From Ramazzottius varieornatus (Eukaryota > Animalia > Tardigrada), in contig BDGG01000025.1 in the NCBI GenBank assembly GCA_001949185.1, positions 67,522-106,349 of the forward strand: 38,828 nt of DNA, read 5' to 3'. Below the pieces are notes generated by a model. The model ran no database searches. It saw only the letters and a list, made by a program, of their open reading frames with translations, and was not told the DNA's origin. A program made the position numbers and the translations under genes. The first letter of the stretch is position 1. Each line of letters opens with the position of its first letter. Below are positions 34,011 to 38,828 of the stretch, piece after piece.

Positions 34011-35420
34011 ATGGCTGACACTCAGAACCCGATGGGACAGATTCCCGAGAAGCAGCAGAACATCATCAACGATACCTGGTCACAGCTGCTTGGCGCTGAA
34101 GGAGGCGTCCAAAATCTGGCCATGAGTTTAGTCAAGAGGTTGGTTGCTTGATTAGTTGATTTATTGCTTAGTTTCCGTGCCGTTTGTTATCCTGATAATC
34201 GTCGTGTTTCAGCTTTGCTGCGTCTCAGCTGGGAGGTCAAGGTGGTGCGGGAGGTGGAGGTGACTCGATGAGCCAACTTGGAGGCATGTTTGGCGGTGGC
34301 GCTGGTGGACAAGATAGTGCAGCAGCAGGACAAGCTCCGGCTGAAAGCGATACTTCCACGACCAACACTGCTTCCGCTCCGGCTGACACTGAACAAGGCA
34401 GCGGGGATCAGCCGAACGATCAGTGGTACGAGTATGGAAAGATGGCTGGAGAGTGGGTGAGAAATGCCATGGGAGGAGGCGCAGGTGGTGCAGCTGGAGC
34501 AGCGGGAGAAGTTCCGGCCGGAGCGGCTACCGCGTCTCCGCAGACGAGTCAAACAGGTGGTCAGGCTCCTGGAGGTAGTGGACTCTTGGATCAGCTTGGC
34601 GGACTAGGGGGTCTAGGGAACATTGCTGGACAGTTCCTGGGTGGTGGTGGAGGTCAGGCAGCCAGTGGTAGCGGCGGAGGCGGACTGGGAAACATTCTGA
34701 CGTGAGTATCAGATGTTCACCTGAGACTATTGTTTTGACGTCATCTTCTTGAAATTTCGATAGTAAACAACCTACTTTAGATGTTCGCGTACAGTGTGAC
34801 GTCATACGCAAGTGGAACAGGGAAACGGTTGAATGTTGTTTTACCGTGTGCTCTTGCAGGGCGGTTGGTGGGCTCGGTGGATTAGCTGCACTAGCTGGAA
34901 ATCTGAAAGATCCAAGTAGGTTTTGTGCTAAAAGGAAGAATGCATTGTTAGAGAGTCATGCACAGATCGATTTCTTTCTTTGTGTGGTAGACTCCTTGTT
35001 GAATTTCTTCATGAAGACTCCCGTGGCAAATGCCGCTTCCAACCCGGATAATTCCTCACGCGATATTTATAAGGTATGCGTGCACATTATCTCGGTATAG
35101 TGTTGAAAGGGTTGTTTAACGATCAAAGAGCAAGGCTGAACCGAACAGGCAGTGACAAGAGGAATTTTTATGATCGATAAATAGTGACACTGAAATATGG
35201 AGCAGAATTCTACGTGGAAAATTCCACTTAGTACGTCTTCCTGACGATGAATAAATTTATCAGCATTTTCCTTTCGCTGTAGATCATCAAGGGCACAATT
35301 TTTAACTTGCTGGGTTCCAAGCTGCCAGCTGAGAACTTCCAGCAGAATCCGGAAGCCCAGTCGGCTTGGAAGGGGTACTTGGGCGTCATTGCCAATGCCC
35401 TTCACAAAATGTCTACGTAG
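34011..35420 (+). CDS. Divergent globin-like protein lacking heme His residues, with a large Gly-rich insert; 297 aa, 5 exons
   Basis: Exons 34011-34138, 34213-34701, 34860-34915, 34991-35073 and 35283-35420 join without stops (894 nt). A/B-helix-like PEKQQNIINDTWSQL..VQNLAMSLVKSF; EF-like GNLKDPNSL; G/H-like DIYK|IIKGTIFNLL...PEAQSAWKGYLGVIANAL. Confidence 0.72.
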
Positions 35421-35899
35421 CACTCGTCAAGTCCAGCGCTTTGCGAACGCCGGCCGTTTCTATTTCCCTCTGTAAACACTAACCATCACCGAAATCCATT
35501 CCCTAAATTTTCCTGAAGAATGTAGCATGGTTGCAGTGTTGTAGCGTGTTTTACCCTGTCTCCTTTTGCACGTATGATCTGGCATTGGTTTTTAGTCTCA
35601 GGCATTTTTCTTTTGGTTTCTACTGGTTACTTTTTACTCTCGGCGTGTATTATGGAAAGCTAGAATCGGGTCACAGCATATTCAACATGAGCCAACAAAA
35701 ACTTGGCAAAGTTCGGAATAAAGTTTCGCTTGACTGTTTAAGATTTGAGGCGACATACGGGATAGTTATTTTTCTCCCGGTGAAATAGTTTCGTCTGCGG
35801 TGATTATGTTGAAAGACCAAGGGGGATTTTGAATCATCCGTAACCAAAAACCGGTCAACAAAATGCATTTTGCGGTAATGCGAGTATGCGGCATCCGTT

Positions 35900-38485
35900 T
35901 CAGGCGGCTGCGGCAGTTTCGGGTTCTTCACTCTGGGCTTCATCCAGAGAACGTCCGCTCTTCGGTAGGCGGACTTTCCACCTCCTATAATTCGTCGAGG
36001 GGATATCCTTGCATGGTATTACCGGGTTGGTCCTACAGGAAGAAGTTCAGGCTTTCTTTGCCGTTGAGGCTGTTTTGTTCTGGGCTTACTTGGCATCCGG
36101 AAGTAGGAAAGCGTGTGGCTGGACTGCTTCCATCACTGGGGTGTTATCGCAAAGTATTCTAGACATTGTGGTACTTCTTATGGCTTCGACTTGCTCTGAA
36201 AAGTGAGGTGAGTTAGGAGCAGTTGTTTGATCACTAGGACCCAGGACATAAAACCTTGAGCCGAGGGGGGCGGGTTGATGCTTACTGTCGGACATAGACG
36301 AGGATAGAGGGAGGTCGTTCTCGTACCAAAACCTGTCTCCGAATCTTAGCCTTCTGAATTGGTCAGCAATGATACAGGCAAAGGTGGGACCGACCTGCCC
36401 ACCCGTAACGTGGTTCTCGGCCGTACCGGCGATGTATAAGTCCACGTCCTCGATATCACTGCAACGTGAATCTGATACTACACTAGTATGTTGCAAAGAT
36501 AATTCAATCATAATTCAAACTGTAGCTGTTCAAGAAATTTATTTGAAAACAGTTTCTTGAAGGATCTTTTTCTATCGTCGTCTGGCTTGTCTTATCAGAA
36601 GGGTCGCAGCGGTGTACACAGATATTTCCTACAGTATTCTGCGGGCATGGTCAACCAGCTTGTGCTTTGGAAATCAAGACCTACGAAATTTACTTGTATT
36701 GGTCCTCCATTTTGTCGGCGATATCAGTGGGTATGATATTCATAGCCCTTAATTCGTCAAAGTTCGATGCAGTTGGCAGCCCGCACAACTGTCGCCATTT
36801 CATCCAGCCAGGAATACCATGGTCGCGTCCCCGCTGAATATTCAGTGCAGTCAGGTCCAGACCAAAGGCGTCGCCAGGTATCTCAAAGAGATGATTTGTC
36901 AGCTCGTCGACGAAGTTATTATCGATCTCTTGTGTGGGTGAGGACACCATGCCGAGGATGACTTCATCGAAAGCGTTCTTGTCGTACAAGGCAAAGGGAT
37001 GAAAGAAGGTGGTCTTGAGGTTCTCGCTTCCACGGAACTTGTAGTCTTTGTCGGACCGTCGGAAAGCGTTCTGTACCATGGTGTGACCAACACGGTAGGC
37101 GGCAGTGGCAAACTCGTTCAGGATGCCGGGGTGCATGGATATGTTGTACTCGCGGAAGCGACCGGTGTTGAGCAACCGAAGGTTCCATTTGTCCAACATT
37201 TGGTCGCCCAGCAAAACTGGCAAAAACTCCTAACAGTCATATCAAATTACGTTCTAGCAGAGTAGCTCGATCAGTTTTGGTGCCATAACATGTCCATATG
37301 ACGCTGGGTTCTTCTAATTGGCACTTCCGAGGTATGTTCCGAATTGTTGAGGAAACGAGTTTTTGCTGGAGGGGTGTCAGTCGAACTCTCCAGACCGCTA
37401 ATGCAGTTATCTGGAGCATGCCCTAAACCATCGAATGCTGGAGATATGCGAGAAACGAATGGATGGGGAAATTTTGGCGGAAATGTCCATGTAGGGAAGA
37501 CAGCTGAAAGAGAGTTTTCTGCACCAATTTTCTATGCATGGTTTGCAGTACGGGCCGAATCAGCTGTTTCCGGGACGCAGTTTTATTTCCTTTATGACTC
37601 ACCGAAAACCTTGCTGACATACTATTCTACGCGAAGGTGCGCGCCAAGCCAGTTTTTCTTCCATACATGGAACGGTGATGAGCTACTTTTCGGACAATGG
37701 TCAAAGGCTCATTACCGTGTCATCTGGTGTCTCACTTCGAATTTGGATGTGTCTTCATGAGCTTTGAATGCCCATGTTCTTAGAGGGGTGAAAACTCGCC
37801 CTGTCGGGGAAGTGCCAAATAGCAAAAACCAGCACCATATGCATACTACAGAAAGTATCGTTCGAAGATCGCTTGAGATATTTTTTCTACAATCTCTCTG
37901 TGGTTCTGTATGTTGGTGTGGTTCTTACACTGTAAGTGATGTGTTGAAGTTGAGCGACGGTGATATGGCGAGCTTCGTGGAAGAGTTTCTGGTCTCTCCA
38001 GTGTGGGTTGAATTCGTGAAGAATACTTGCGATACGGTTGTGATGACGCAGCCAAAGAGTTTGAAATTCGGCAATACCCAGCTGTAACAAAACTTAATGT
38101 AGCGAAAACAACATCGTCCGAACGAAATGACGTGGGAATAAGAACACAATCTGAAAGCGAACAGGGAACTTTCGCTTTTCTGTTGACAGACTTACGTGAA
38201 CGTTGGCCCGACTGTCACCTGTCAACCAAAATGAGGAAATAATATCAATATTCTGATATTCTGAAGAAATGTCTTGATGTCAAATGTGTCAAACGTAGTC
38301 TGGCTCTGAGGAAAAGCTTAAGACTGTGAAGACTAACTTAGTACAGCAATGAAAGTGTACAAGAGGTTTACCGGCCTTGAAGCACATTTTGTTCTCGTTG
38401 GCGTCGATGCATTCGGCGTTTTTGGGATTCTGAGGCAGTAGCATGTAGTGCGGATCGTCTTTCGGTGAAAAGAACTTCAGCTGAC
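35900..38485 (-). CDS. Animal heme peroxidase (peroxidase-cyclooxygenase family, chorion peroxidase/peroxinectin-like); 5' exons not found in the window
   Basis: Exons 38372-38485, 38196-38218, 37929-38081, 36694-37229, 36286-36458, 36090-36195, 35900-36032. Motifs CFKAGDSRAN, HHNRIA, NEFATAAYRVGH (proximal His), LNIQRGRDHG and GPTFACIIADQF..LRFGDRFWYE. Confidence 0.93.
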
Positions 38486-38828
38486 CTACAGCGAAAAAAC
38501 AATATTTTTGTCAAGTATTAAGGGATCAACATTGTATTTTAGTGCTCGGGCACATTGACGAGGGGATTATGCCTGTCCTCCGCCTTCCCGGAATATTCTG
38601 GTATGATAGAATGGTAGAGAAGAGTCTGCTCCATCATCTGAAACTGGCGTAGACTGCCGAATGAAATCCTGGAAGCCTATACAGGAACCGGAAGTGACGT
38701 CAAAATCTGGGCGGTACATAGTTAGTCAATCAAGCGGTTTGATTTCCATGTGGTTGATTCGTTGCTGATTGACAGAGCTACATCGTGCTTCAGCATGCAA
38801 GCTCATCACTTCTGTTATTGAGAATCCC

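Noticed and set aside
34268-34705. Gly-rich ORF as a stand-alone structural or harpin-like protein
   Set aside because: It is flanked by good splice sites and joins in frame to globin-like exons on both sides.

Overview
This is compact eukaryotic (invertebrate animal) genomic DNA. Introns are short GT-AG, GC content is moderate, and there are two N gaps. The gene content and density would fit a tardigrade, but that is inference only. Intact conserved genes are WDR36/UTP21, a Roquin (RING-ROQ) gene that appears to lack its CCCH finger, BET1, a FAM69/DIPK1-like kinase, and the 3' part of an animal heme peroxidase. Four accessory genes are damaged: a type I membrane protein, a glycine N-acyltransferase-like GNAT, a MATH-BTB protein and an ANF-receptor-like protein. 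About ten DNA-transposon insertions can be delimited by TIRs and TSDs, including hAT, pogo/DDE_1, Merlin/MULE-like, IS3EU-like and unclassified elements. The most unusual item is a 5-exon gene at 34011-35420 that the ORF track shows only as Gly-rich fragments. Spliced by hand it gives a 297-aa globin-like protein with introns at the ancestral globin positions B12.2 and G7.0, no proximal or distal His, and a ~150-aa Gly-rich disordered insert replacing the C-D region. All family calls come from motif recognition by eye; no searches were run.
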